Assembly: GCF_009914755.1 (NCBI RefSeq)
Contig: NC_060937.1
Length of the DNA stretch: 64,000 nucleotides
Direction: 5' to 3' (one strand)
From: the human T2T-CHM13v2.0 reference genome, Homo sapiens
Both the position numbers and the translations under genes were made by a program. The notes beneath the pieces were generated by a model. It was given only the letters and a program-made list of their open reading frames with translations. It was not told the origin of the DNA and searched no databases. This document shows positions 11,861 through 24,393 of this stretch, piece after piece. Numbering within the stretch: the first letter of the stretch is position 1; each line of letters opens with the position of its first letter.

Positions 11861-14429
11861 ACCATACATGCTCTGAAAATAAGTGTCTTTAAGTTGTGTT
11901 TTTCTGTGTGACATCATCTCTGAACTTGAACATGTTCATTACGGCAAGATTGTAATCCTGCTGTATTCCTCGCCCTCTGTATTCTATCCCTTTAAAAACT
12001 AGATATTTAAACATTTTATCCTAATGTGTTTCATCAGAACACTTTGCACACTTTCTTACTAAAACGGTATGTGGGTGGTCCGAGACAGAATGGTACCTAC
12101 AGTGCAGGCTATGTTTCTGTGGGAATGGAAAAGAGGACTTTAGAAAGTGAACCTGAAGAACTCTTATTTCTAAGGGAATCCAGTCAAGCTTGAGAAAATG
12201 AAATATTCTTGTGTGTAGTGATTCAGCTCAGGATATTGAAGTCCCTTTTAAAAATCTTATTTTCACCTGTAAAAATAGAATAAAAATTAATGGCAAGCCT
12301 GCGCCAGGTGCCTGCCCCTCCTAAGCACTTTACACGCACAGCTCATTCAACCTCACGTGTCGGGAGCATCAGGGAGCTCACCAGTCTCTTGAGGATCACA
12401 GGCCAATTGCTTGTCCTTCCCGACCCAAGCCCCACCCCACAGTGTCTTGCTCTCTTCTGATTTTACAGGTTTTTTGGCAGTAATACACATGGGAGTGAAA
12501 TTGAAATCCTCCCTATTATTTTCCCTCTTTTCCTGGAAAGCCGTTTTTTGCCCTCACAATCATTCATTACTTCTCTAACTAGGGGGAAGTACTACAAGCT
12601 GTCCTCAGGTACTGCCCCTACGTGTGTTTCCCTGGGATGGGGCCTTGCTAGAGGTGATTCTGCTGCCCCAGCATTGGGAAGCAGGACCAGTGCATGTGCC
12701 CCATGCAGCCACGGTACATGGAAGCTGTCACTTGAGCCATCAGACCGGCTCAGCCCATGTGACCGGAGCTCTGAAGAGGCACACACGCATGCCCCGCACA
12801 GGCTGTTAGCACTTGTCGCCTCGCTGCCCTGGTCCAGACTACCCTTGCTTGCGTCAGTCAAAACTGTTGTAACTACTTTGAGTCTTTTCTGCATGATTGC
12901 TCTTTGAGAGAACTTTAACAAGGGAATTAAATTTAAAATATTCAAATATCTATTTTGTAGTTTATTACTAGAAGCTGCAGCCACTTACTAAGTTGTATGT
13001 AATATAGGACTGTGTGTTGGAAATGAGTAATAGAGCTGAATCACTCCATTTTCCCTTCCTAAACTTTGAGCTTGGCCTGCCGGCAGAGAGAGGAACACAG
13101 TATTAGGGCAGCAAAGGCCCAGGCGCCCAGCAAGCCTGTATGGGTTCTGAGATGGGTCTAGATGCGTTCAGACCTCATTCGGGAAGCAGAGTGTCCCCGT
13201 CAGATCACATATGTCCTCTACAGTCGCTCTGGCCTGTGACCTTGCACGCCACTCTACCTTCTCCCTCCCAGCCCACAGAGCCACTCAGAGGCTGAAGCCA
13301 CTTCACAGCCCACTGGTGTTGAGAATCATCATCAGAAAACCAGATATGTCAAGGTATCCATTGCTCTTTCCTTTTCTCTCATCTGTGTGGGTGCTTGAAT
13401 TTGGTGAAATGCGTTTAGCAAACCAACTGTGTGTTTGTAATACTGTGAATTCTTGCGTTTTGCATTAAGTGTCTCCCCCATTTTTGTAATTTGTAGAGAA
13501 ATATGTGCTGGTGTTGGGTGTCTTCCAAGCATTTTATGGAAATGGAGGCTCCATTCCTTAGGAGTAAAAGCTGGCGCCAGCACTTGGCTCTTGTTCTGTC
13601 TAGGTGAACTCTCATAATTCTTGTTTTACCCTGTTGGATTTGCACTTTACATATATTTTTGCTCTATTACTTAAACATATAGCAGCTTTTACAAATAATG
13701 CCTAACATGCCTGCGCTGAGAAAGTGGCAGATCTACACATATCATACGCAGAGTTGTTCTCTACCTGATGGGGCAAAACCAACCACATGTTCTTGGTTCC
13801 TCCAAACGAATGACATTACTTGACATTACTGCCTGAGTGTATCTTCACAATAGCAAAATGGTTTGAGATTAAGCATTTGGAATCTTATGTCATTTTGTAT
13901 GGGGTCAATCCACCATAACGTGTTTCTCATTTGGTTTTAATTATTTCCAGAAATCATAAAGTCACAAAACTGGAAGGGATCTTCAGAGATCTAGAGTGTT
14001 TCAAGCAGAAAACACATTAGTTATACAGGGCAGTTAGATATGGCTGAGATGTAAACAAGAGAATCTAAAAGAATGTTCAAGGAATAGCTGTTTTTGAACA
14101 TTACTTAGTAATGGCATGAGTGGGAGGAGAGACTTTCAGCACCTTGAGACAGGGCGCTCTCTGGAACCAGCTTTGTTCCTCTTATCGAAAGCATATATGA
14201 CAGTTTTTTTGGCTCCGGCCCTGTGGTGGGGGAGGTAATTATTGCCTTCATCCACATAAATTCCTTCCTATACATTCCCCTCAGACCACCCCAGAGGCAA
14301 AACTGAAATGGAAATCCAGTGGCACTTAAAATTCACCCTGCCCCGTTTGGCTGCGATTCCCAGGCTTACAGCACTGCCCTTATGGAATATCACATTTTCA
14401 TTTTCTGAGATTCATTTTATAAAAGTAAA

Positions 14430-14720
14430 GGCCAGGTGCCATGGCTCACACCTATAATCTGAACACTTTGGGAGGACAAGGTGGGAGGATTGCTGAGCCC
14501 AGGAGTTCAAGACCAGCCTGGGCCACACAGCAAGATCCTGTCACTACCAAAAATTCAAAACTTAGTTGGGTGTGGTGGCACACACCTGTATTCCCAGCTA
14601 CTCAGGAAGCTGAGGCGGGAGGATCACTCGAGCCCAGGAATTCAAGGATGCAGTGAGCTATGATTGCACTACTGCAGTCCAGCCTGGGCAGCAGAGCAAG
14701 GCCCTGAATAAATAAACAAA
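14430..14720 (+). mobile_element. AluJ element
   Basis: Dimeric Alu with J-type diagnostics. Confidence 0.9.
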
Positions 14721-17684
14721 AGTATAATTTATTTTTGCCTGATATTAATCACTTCTTAAGGCCCAAATTTTTGTTTTTAAGCAAAAGGATAGCTCTAAGT
14801 GTGGGTTGCAGTTACTGGACATAAATATTCACTAAATGAGATTCCTTTGGTTATGGCTGTTCATAGAATTTTAATTCTATGTCAGTGTTCTTGTTCACTA
14901 AGATATTTCGAAGTGAGAGAAAGCATTTTACCAATACATTCTTATTTTTTCTCCTTTAAAATAATATTGAATTTTTCCTGGTACGAAGACAGATATTTAT
15001 TAACTTGATTGGAAAACACAGAAATTAAGATCATGTTGAACACTGAGTTATCTAGATGATCCCTGAGATTTGAATGTTCATGTCAACCGTGTTGAGCGCT
15101 CACCAGCCACCAGGCTTTAGGCACTGGCAGTGCAAGGTGTCTGAGGCCCATTCTCAGGCTGGGCAGAGGTCACACAGTGAGTAAATGGGTCTTTTCAGTG
15201 CAATGTGGTTATGATAGAGGCATGCCAGGGTGCCACTAACCCAGCAGGTGTGGCAGGAGGGGCTTCACAGAGGAAAGGGACTTTGAGCTCAGTGTTAAAG
15301 GATGAGGAGTGAGTCATAAGGGGGAAAAATGGAAATGACTTTCCAGGCTTCAGAAACAGCATAAACAAACAAAGGCCTGAGAGCTGGAGTCAGTGTGGTG
15401 TGTCCAGGGATCACAAGTGGGCTGGAGCTGCCGGAGAACAGCCAAGTGGCTCAGCTGCCATCCCAGAATTGAGCTCGTCACTATCAGATGCTGCTGCTCC
15501 CTGGCCTCAGAGGAAAGCAGCACACAGCTCACCACGAGGGGTTTCCCCAGAGGCTCCTCCTGCAGCCAATGCTACTATTAGTTTATATTATAATAGTATC
15601 AGTTTCTTTTTCTTTGGAAATCCCTAGAACTGTTAACTGAAGGTGACTCAGGGTAACTAATTCTGGATCTTTGGGTGCACAGCCTCTCACTGGAGTCTGA
15701 GAGGAGGAGGTGGAGACTATCAGTGCACGGCCCGCAACCAGGAAGGACTCCCAGACTAACGCCAAAGGTGTGTTGGGCTCAGCTGCTCCACTGTGGAAAA
15801 GGAAAGCCCTGGCCCTGTGGCAGGAGAGGATTGTTCTAGTCAAGTGTGGCGTTGCACGGACAGGCGGTGCCGAGTGTTTGGGTGCAGACACAGGCAGCTG
15901 CTGCCCTCCACTTCCTGCTCTTGCAAGTCACAGATGATTCCAGTACAATGTGGGAGGTCCTCCTTACAGGGGCACTTGCAACAGGAAGGCAGAGAGTTTC
16001 GTCAATTCAGGTACAGGTCTGTCTGGGAGACCTGGCCCTGTGGAGGCAGGAACACCGTGCAGGGGCATGGCAGCGCCTGTCTTTGCTATCACATCATTTG
16101 CCTTTTCCTTGTAGGACCCAAAGATCTATGTCCAAAACTTAGTCCAGAAACATCTGCATTCCTGTTTAAACTTCAGCTCAGTTTCTTAACCAAGAACCAC
16201 GTCAACCCTCCAGGGTTGTGGTTTGTATTTTTGCCTTTAAGCATTATCTCCTTTCCACCAAGAAGCCTACTTAGGTTTAACACATGAAAGCAGTGTCTAA
16301 AAATTAGATCGGTCCTAAATTGGAATGGGATGTCTTCCTTGCATGTCCCATACCAGGGAATTTTTTTAACACACAGTGTAGAGCCTTTGCCAGAGATGTT
16401 GAAAGGGAGATTAAAGGCTTGAGGGATGAATTTGATCATCATTCTTAAAGTCCCTTCCAATCCTGTGATTCTCTGATTCCCTGAGTCTCGTTTATTATTG
16501 GACATGCCTAGCCCATCACCAGTGACCTGCCCGCATATTGCTGGCTTCCCTTGGATAACGGAGAGCCTATCACCACATGCCTTTGTTGTCTTCCATCATA
16601 TCAAGTGAGTTGCTTTCTGGACTTTTTCCATCTAGAGCCTGCTAGGTTTGGTTTTGAGAAAAGATGGTGAAGTTTCTTTTCATGAGTTTGTAGGGCAAAA
16701 AAAATTCTTTTTAAAGATGGTAAGGGTGGAAATTAATCATGGTACCATCTCATTAAAAATAGATACCTCAAAATGTTTACCTTTACAAGTCAAGAAGAGT
16801 ATCTGACTTTCTTGGAAGTGTCAAGAATTGCAGGTTGGCTGAAAAGTTAGATTGAGAATCTGACCTTGTTACTTATGATTCTTTTTTCCCTTGGTTCTCG
16901 GGGATGCATGAGAAGGTGAGCTGTCACTCACAAAAAAAGGGAAAATGATTTGAAAAATGTTTCACATATACACTTTTTATCATTTTAGTGGATGGCAGCC
17001 TTACGTCAGTAGTATATGCCACTATGAAGTATGGCCAAAACCCTAGCGTCACTTGTAACCATTGTACTCTTATGGATTTGTGTCTTACACCATTTGCCTT
17101 GCTTTTTAAATGACTTTGTTTTTCAAGGTGCTGTCATTTTGCAAAAGGAAATCTTTATATGAAATGTACAAAAACCGTTACTAACTGGACAACAGGGAAG
17201 GTGCTGGCCCCACATTAGTGCCTGCCCACCGCTCTACTTCTAACCAGGGACACGGATCTTCCATTCTCTACATCCACCGGACTGCAGCCCAAGTCTGGAC
17301 CTGGCTGCAGTGGGCATATTACCGTATGGATATCTTTTTCTTTCTTTTTTTAAAGTGAGGAGATTCTTCAGGGGGTCAGGCTGAGAATGTAATAAGCCTG
17401 ACATTGGAACAGATTTCTCCCGTGTGGTCTAGCTGGACCCCTCCGGCATTTGCCACACTCCCTGCCAGTCCTGACATTGACTTCCTGAATGTGATTAGGT
17501 GGTAATGAGCAAGAATTTCCTAGGATGTTGAAACATCTGTATCCAGGCCCCCAATCAAATGCTGCTGAATATTGTGAATGTTTTTACTCCGCTCACTTTC
17601 CCACTGTGCTTTCCTCTAACCAAAATATACGTGTAGCCATTACCAATGTACAACTCTCAATGCGGAGTTGCCGCCACGGTTTAA

Positions 17685-17690
17685 AATAAA
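17685..17690 (+). terminator. Candidate WDFY2 poly(A) signal AATAAA
   Basis: AATAAA with upstream TGTA motifs and downstream TCTCTGTG / T-rich sequence. Confidence 0.5.
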
Positions 17691-18689
17691 TCTCTGTGAA
17701 AACCTTTCTGCAGCTATGGTCCCATCACGGTTACATGTGGCCACGCACACACCGACAACCTTGCTGTGCTGTTTAGCCCTGTGGGTTCTGTCCAGTTGGT
17801 GGGAGGGGGAGGTTCCAGACCACTCCACCTGCTGTCTAGATGCCAGGGAGAGCTGCTGTTTGGAGGTGAAGATGAGCCCTGTTCACCACAGTCTAAGCAC
17901 AGCACACGGGCTCAAGCCATGGAGCCCTTTTCCTTCATCATGTAAGTCAGCTTTTTCTTGTGCTTAGTAAACTTTTCCAGTGAGGAGAAATGACTTCGGG
18001 GCAAACACTGCCAGGGAAAGCCTCATTTAAAACTTGTGAGGTTCATTTTATGGAGAAGAAAAATAGGTGCAAAGGCACCAAGTGACCTGCATGCTATGGA
18101 ATCACCGTTGAGGGGGTGGCTGGGTTGCCCCGTCCTGGTGCTGCCAGCACAGCGTCGCCCACACCCAGCATTGCTGAGGCCCATCATCCTCCTGCAGAAA
18201 AGGAGGCATGCAGTTAAATGGAGCTGGTGCTTGCTTGATAGCGCCTCCTTTTGTCAGAAAGACGCTGATGTTTCAGGCTGGCACACCCAGAAAAATCCCT
18301 TCCTTGTGGTCCTTGGCTGATGATGAGCCCTGGATCAGAGTGTCTCCAGGACCACTGAGAAGCTGCAGCCGTCTGGGTTTTCCTCTGCTATGGGGGATGA
18401 GTTACGTTTATTCCACCATGGACACCAAGAATGTATGTAGATGTATTCTAAATCTGCTCATTGGTTTTATTACAACTTTTCCTGGAGTCACTAAGAGGTA
18501 AAATGGTGTAAATTAGAGGTTTTATCAAAGTGTAGTACCAGAATGCCAGATGCATTACTGAAGCCACTCCTAATCTTAAGCAAATGTAAACTAGGCCTCA
18601 TTAAATTGTTTGTGTAAATATGCATCGTCCCTTGGTTATGCTGTGCTTCTGGGACCATGCACAGTAAAGGCAGTGTCCAGCCCTCTCCT

Positions 18690-18713
18690 GGGGCGGGGGG
18701 GGGGGGGGGGGGG
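18690..18713 (+). repeat. Poly-G tract (G4-C-G19)
   Basis: Seen directly. Confidence 0.9.
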
Positions 18714-18941
18714 TGCACAGCGCCAGCCTCTGACACTGGAGGAGCTGAGAAAGGGAGGGGAAGTGGAGTTCACAGGGGGGCATTCCTGCTGCCCCCACCC
18801 CTGCGTCCCCTAAGACTGAAATGATGGTTCATCTCAAACTTCGAATTCTTTAGAAAACCATTCTCGAATAAATGAGACTTAAAATAAGAAAAGAACCTGC
18901 TGCAGGAGTTCAAGGTGAGCCTGATCACAGCCTCGGTAGTA

Positions 18942-18947
18942 TTTATT
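18942..18947 (-). terminator. Likely DHRS12 poly(A) signal (AATAAA on - strand)
   Basis: TTTATT on + strand, ~155 nt downstream of the DHRS12 TAG. Confidence 0.6.
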
Positions 18948-19102
18948 TTGAAATAAAAGTTCCCATCCCTTGTAGGCCTCGCTGTGAGGCACAACGTCTT
19001 CGAGGGGAAGTTGAAGTGGGGTCTTCTTATTCACTGGTCCCTAGACCGCACCTTCTGGTATCTTCTAAGGCAATTCTGGTACCGCACTGTGTCTGGGTTG
19101 GC

Positions 19103-19212
19103 CTATTTAAATGTCTGAGCCAGCTGTTCCAGGATTTCAATGAGTTTCTCCTCTTCGGCCGGTGAGGAGGACGCTGTAGCGAGAGGCAAGTGTGTAGAAA
19201 CTGGCTTCCGAT
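19103..19212 (-). CDS. DHRS12: DHRS12 exon 10 (terminal): DRKPVSTHLPLATASSSPAEEEKLIEILEQLAQTFK*
   Basis: acttttag| acceptor; TAG at 19105-19103; completes the 954-nt CDS. Confidence 0.92.
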
Positions 19213-20071
19213 CTAAAAGTGAGAGGGAACCGCAGAGAGGTGTGAGCTGCTGCAGCGTGGCTGGGTCCATGTCCCTGTGCTGCTCAGGCCTTGAACCGAC
19301 GCCTGCTGGAGTGGCAGCACCCTACAGCTGTTAGACCCCCATCCCTGCTGTCAAAGGTCCCACAGGGATCAGGCAGCATGGATTGATATGTAAAGTGCAG
19401 TTTGGGAACTGGGAGGCTGCAGCCAGGGCTGGACGGGAGACCACGTTTGGGTGATCAGCAGGAAGGGGTGCGGCCATCCTCCCGGATACCCCAGGGGTCA
19501 CCAGCGCTTCAGAATTCCTCAAGCAAGGGTGGTTCTCATCAAGAACAGAGGAAAGAGAAGCCAAGCAAAGAGCCTGGCTTCCACCCGAGGTCAAGTGCTG
19601 TCTTCGGATGGCGTCCACTCACACGCCTGCCCCCTTAGGAGCCCACTGGGGAGAGACGTGAACAGATCACTGCTTCCAAAAATAGAGAAGCAGAGTCCCT
19701 TACACCCTTTGCACTGCAGAGAAGCAGAGTCCGTTACTCCCTTTGCAGTGCAGCTTTGAATAGCGCCCCTCCTGGGCCTCAGCAAACTGCAGAGAAAATC
19801 TTCCATTCCCAAGGTAGGAACTGCCTCTCCCGTTCTCACAGGACCTTGATGACAGGGTTATCACAAGTCTCCAAAGAAGCTACCAACCTGGAGTGAAGCG
19901 CTTCCCAAAACTAACCTCAGCAGGCAAAGCAATCATCTCGCCAAAGAAGCCCAGGCACCCCCCAGGGGACAGTCCCACCCCAGGTTTCACGGAGGGGAAG
20001 GTGCGCCTCGAAGGCCCAGCTGCTGCCCCTAGCCCTGTGTCAGCTGCCTTCACAGCCAGGGAGGAAGTCAC

Positions 20072-20209
20072 CTTGAAAGAAGCGGCCGCTGGGCTGTGCG
20101 GCTGCGGCAGAGGAGAGGGCCAGCCACAGCATGGTGTCCGCGCCCTGGGCCTCGGAGCGCAGGCGGTCCCCGAACCTGGCGTGGAACCCCGGCATCGCCT
20201 GCCTCACAC
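20072..20209 (-). CDS. DHRS12: DHRS12 exon 9: VRQAMPGFHARFGDRLRSEAQGADTMLWLALSSAAAAQPSGRFFQ
   Basis: ttctcccag| acceptor, G|gtgact donor, 138 nt; QGADT motif typical of this SDR subfamily. Confidence 0.93.
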
Positions 20210-22154
20210 CTGGGAGAAGGAAGGGTCAGGCGGATTAGGACAGCATTCTCCAGCAAATGTGGTTGACTTCCCTTAATTTAAAAAAAAAAAAAAGTGCAAA
20301 AATGAAATGGGATCATAAACTGCTCCTTCTATTTTATAGCACTCACCCAAGCCACTCGGAACCAGTTCCAAAGAACCTTGTTACAAAGCCCCCAAGGTGT
20401 CACCTGATGGAAAGTGGTGCTCACCAGAGGCCTGATTGAGTCCCCATGTCCCCGGGGCACCAGCACCCAGCCCAGCCCTGAGAGCAGAGTCGCCCGCAGA
20501 GCCCTCCCTTTCCATCCTAAGAGAGGATTCTAATGAGCTGTGGGGCTCACAGTGAGGCTGGGCCCAGCAAACCACTTAGTCTCCTGGGTTCAGGAGCCCT
20601 CTCAAACCATCTAGGCTCAGAGGATCCTGGCTGTTGGTTCCCTGGACTGTTTTAGTGTTTTCCTCTTTTAGGGAGGAGTAGATAAGAGGAAAGAATTCTT
20701 CACTTCCTCTGCCAAGCCCCTCGAGGTGTCCCACCCTCTGCATCCCAGGGCTACAGGGAGGTGTTTGCCTGGAGTAGCCTCCCGGGCCTGGCCTGTGCCA
20801 CAGCGTCGGGCACTCTACCTGCCCACGCCTTCGAGGACCCAGCCACACGCTCTGGCTCCAGTCCACACCCCATTTTCCCACAGACCTCAGGGAACACAGT
20901 GTCTCCACAGTGAGCACATTGGGAAACAAAATAGTTCTCTCTCGAAGCCAAGGAAAGAAAATAAACCAGAGAAAACAACAATTAAGAGCCTTACTGAGAT
21001 CATGGAATTTTAGAGCTAGAAAGGATCACCTAAGCAAAAGCCCTCCTTTTTTAAATTAAAAATAAACATCTTTTTTTCTTTTCACAGAAGCAATACTTGT
21101 TTACTGTAGAAAAATCAGGATAAACTGATAGGCAAAAAGAAAAAATGTGAAAACCTTGTGATGTGTCACTCCGCGGTGACACATGTCCGCATGCTCAGCC
21201 CTCCCAGGCCCCTGTGGCCACAGACAGGTTGTGTGCACCTGAGAGCTGCTCTGTAACCTCTGAACAACACATGGTAAACTGCACCTTGACCCAGATGATA
21301 GAGCCCGCTGGTGGGCTTGCCAAGCAGATTTTAAACATCTGAGCTGATGCTGGGATTGTCAGAATGGTGTCCTTGGAGGGTAAGAGGCTGGGGGCCCCCC
21401 ATGGCCTCCTAGAATTCACCCTGGACAGGCAGAACCAAGCATGTCTCCCATTAGGCCGTGAGAAGAATCGAGAAGCCATGCTCTCTGAGCACTCCCAGGC
21501 TGAGTCTCCCCTAGTATACTTTGCTGAGAACATCCTTTCTGTATTTAAGACAGGAGACTCAGATCTGTACAGGTGAGGACTAATTTCTGCCAAATCTCCA
21601 AGCTGGTCTCCATGAGATGCCACAAAGCACCAACACACACCTCTTTCTATAGGGGTGTGGTAGTTACAAAAATAAGATCATGAGGCATGTACTATTCAGG
21701 AACTTGGTATCTTCATTTAATGATATAGTGCACACAGGGTTTTTCCATAGGCATGATTGGCAGCAGAGTCTTCAGCCCTGAACAGATTTTGCACAGGTGT
21801 TCTATAATTTATTAACTTCATCTCCTACCACCAGCACTGTGATAAGCAACCTTGTTTTCCCTATCTTTATTTCTTAGGATGAATTCCAAGGCTTCTGATA
21901 AATAGTGATTTTCAGAAAGGCCATGCCAGCAGTGTGTGAGAGCCTGATTCCCAAAACCCCATGGCCAGGCCCGGCTGGGAGGTCTTAGCCTCTCTGGGCC
22001 TCAGTTCCCTCATCTGTAAATGGGTGTGATAATAGACAGTAGTGGCCACTCCACAGAGGCTTGAGGACAAATGCGTTAATCCGCAGACAGCGCTGAGACC
22101 AGTTCTTGGCGCCGCGGGTGCACCCTGGGGTGTGTGCTGTGGCTGCTGCTGCTT

Positions 22155-22411
22155 TCAGTTCCCTTGTTTGTAGAGGAGGAAAGAGCTGCAGAGAGCCCAG
22201 GTGAGCTGCCTGAGGTCATGGAGTTGGTGAGGCCAATCCGGAAGAGAATTCTGCTCCCCTCCACCGCTGCTCCAACACGCTTCCAGATCATTCGAGCTGT
22301 GTCCTTGTGGCTGGCATTTACCTTCATGCATCATTATTTCCAAAAACCTGGGGAGTGGTGAGGCAGTCTGGGCCTCTCCCACTACCTTCCTCAGCTCCTG
22401 CTCATTCCTGT
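22155..22411 (-). CDS. DHRS12: DHRS12 alternative terminal exon (DRNEQELRKVV...LLYKQGN*)
   Basis: tttccacgtcag| acceptor in phase 1 with exon 8; 85-codon open frame; AATAAA (- strand) at 21866-21871 and 21808-21813; agrees with my recollection of an annotated isoform. Confidence 0.6.
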
Positions 22412-22736
22412 CTGACGTGGAAATGACAATGGTCACCGGCTCCCTCTCTCACCAGGATATGCTGTAGTTAGCAGGGCGCCCCAGGCGCACCTGCTCCCGT
22501 TCCCACCATCTCCTTCCCTGACTTGCACAGGGCAAGCTGGAAGCAAAAGCTCTGTGTCTGTATGAGGCTTCCCCCAGCTGCAGTCCCAACGCGCCCCTGC
22601 CTAAATGGAAATGAAGCTACTCCTCAGTCCTCATTACGCTGGTTTTAGGTCATTCCTGGGGAGAGTCAATCCTGCGGCTGCTCAGGTATTTTTAGATGAA
22701 ACGTAAGTGGCTCAGCAATTAAAGGCTATGACATAC

Positions 22737-22827
22737 CTGGGGTGTCGGCCCAGCCAGGATGCATGGAAGAAAAATGGATGGCCGGGTGCCCTTGGGCCCA
22801 CCGCTCCGTCAGAACCACTTGCTGCCT
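22737..22827 (-). CDS. DHRS12: DHRS12 exon 8: RQQVVLTERWAQGHPAIHFSSMHPGWADTP
   Basis: tgtccag| acceptor, |gtatgt donor, 91 nt; HPGxxxT SDR motif. Confidence 0.95.
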
Positions 22828-23268
22828 CTGGACAGGAAGGAGCGAGGGGGTGAACAGGAGAGAGGAGGCGCCATTAGGTGCAAGGGCAGGGGATAAGCCC
22901 TGCCCAGCCTGGCTTATCTTACACTGGACTCTGCAGTATGTACGGCCACTTGATGTCACCCTCCTCCAAAATCAGTCTTTACTCAGCAGCCCTGAGTAGG
23001 ACCTAGCAGGTCCTACCCACTCCAAAGGAGGCCAGAACAAGCAATGAGCTAACGCAGCAAAACACTGAGAGAGAAGGAATAGCAGGCCCACCCCCCATGA
23101 AATTACACCCCTCAGTGCCCAGGTGTTCCTCGTCCACAAGTCGCCTGGGTGACTCTATTCTTTGCTGCTCACTGAGGGCAGGGGTGGTAACTGTCCTGTT
23201 CACTGCTGTACTTCAGGCCCCCAGCACAGACCGGCATACGGTGTGTGTTCAGCTAATATGGGAATTAA

Positions 23269-23505
23269 GGCCGGTGGCTCAAGTCTGTAATCCCAACACT
23301 TTGGGAGGCGGGACGATCACCTGAGGTCAGGAGTTCAAGACCAGCCTGGCCAACGTGGTGAAACCCAGTCTCTACTAAAAATGCAAAAATTAGCTGGGTG
23401 TAGTGGTGGGCAAATCAAAATGATTTGGATTTTGGAGCTGTAATCCCAGCTACTCAGGAGGCTGAGGTAGGAGAATTGCTTAAACCAAGGAGATGGAGGT
23501 TGCAG
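23269..23505 (+). mobile_element. AluS, 3'-truncated, with a ~25-bp foreign insert
   Basis: Alu consensus interrupted at about 23413-23437; stops after ggaggttgcagt. Confidence 0.9.
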
Positions 23506-24043
23506 TATATATGAATTAACTCCTTCCTTAGGCAGAGTGTAGCAAATGTACTAGACACAGAGAATACATCAGTTATAGACAATAAAAATCCTTAAATCCT
23601 CCCCTTTCCCAGCTGCAGTCACACTATTGCCCCATCCCAGGGTAGTTTGATCATGCTTGGCAAAGAACTCCATCTCTGGGCCTCATTTACAAGTGGATGG
23701 TTTATTCCCATGTCCTCTGGGAAAACTGTAAAGAAGTGCAGGTCTTTCAAATGTCAGGATTTGGAGTCATGAGATGTAATTCACCAGGATTTGGTCTGGG
23801 GTCAAGGAGCAAAACTGGGGCACACCCAGGGCATATAAACAGAAGAAGTGGAGGTGCAGAGAGTCTCAGACAGGGCCACCTTCGGAAGGCACACAGCAGC
23901 GACAAGGAAGGCGGAGGGTGCTGGCAGCCTTACAGACAATGTGGGCGCCCTAGCGGGTGAATTTAAGGGCAAGAACTGTAAATATGGAAGTTATATATAT
24001 CCGGCTTTTAAATATAGCTGTAATAAGCAGAGATACAGCAGTA

Positions 24044-24393
24044 CAGGTTGAGCATCCTTCATCTGAAATGCTGAGGCCCAGAAGTGTTTCAAGTTTCAGA
24101 TTTTTTCAAATTTTGGAATATCTGCATATACATAACGAGATATCTTGGGGATAGAACTCAAATCTAAACACAAAATTCATTTATGTGTCATATACGCCTT
24201 TACAAATAGCCTGAAGGGGATTTTATACAATATTTTTAAAATAATGTTGTGCATGAAACAAAATGTGTGTTCATGAAACCATCAGAAAGCAAAGGTGTGG
24301 GATTTCCCACTTGTGACATCGTCAGCACTCAAGATGATTTGGATTTTGGAGCATTTTGGATTTGGGATTTTCAGATGAAGGATGCTCCATCTG
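24044..24393. mobile_element. Tigger4/MER46-like TcMar MITE
   Basis: TA target duplications; TIRs caggttgagcatccttcatctgaaa / tttcagatgaaggatgctccatctg. Confidence 0.85.

Larger units (their letters stand above)
10683..17710 (+). other. WDFY2: WDFY2 3' UTR (long; end uncertain, several candidate poly(A) signals out to ~18.96 kb)
   Basis: Follows the stop codon; AATAAA near 12278, at 17685, near 18867 and at 18952. Confidence 0.55.

Noticed and set aside
12548-12984. Overlapping 119/130-aa ORFs in the WDFY2 3' UTR
   Set aside because: No homology I recognise and no supported exon structure; likely chance
15793-16287. 164-aa ORF in the 3' UTR
   Set aside because: Non-ATG start in the sequence, no domain features
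17651-17670. Iron-responsive element
   Set aside because: Loop is CAAUGC rather than CAGUGN and there is no bulged C five pairs below the loop
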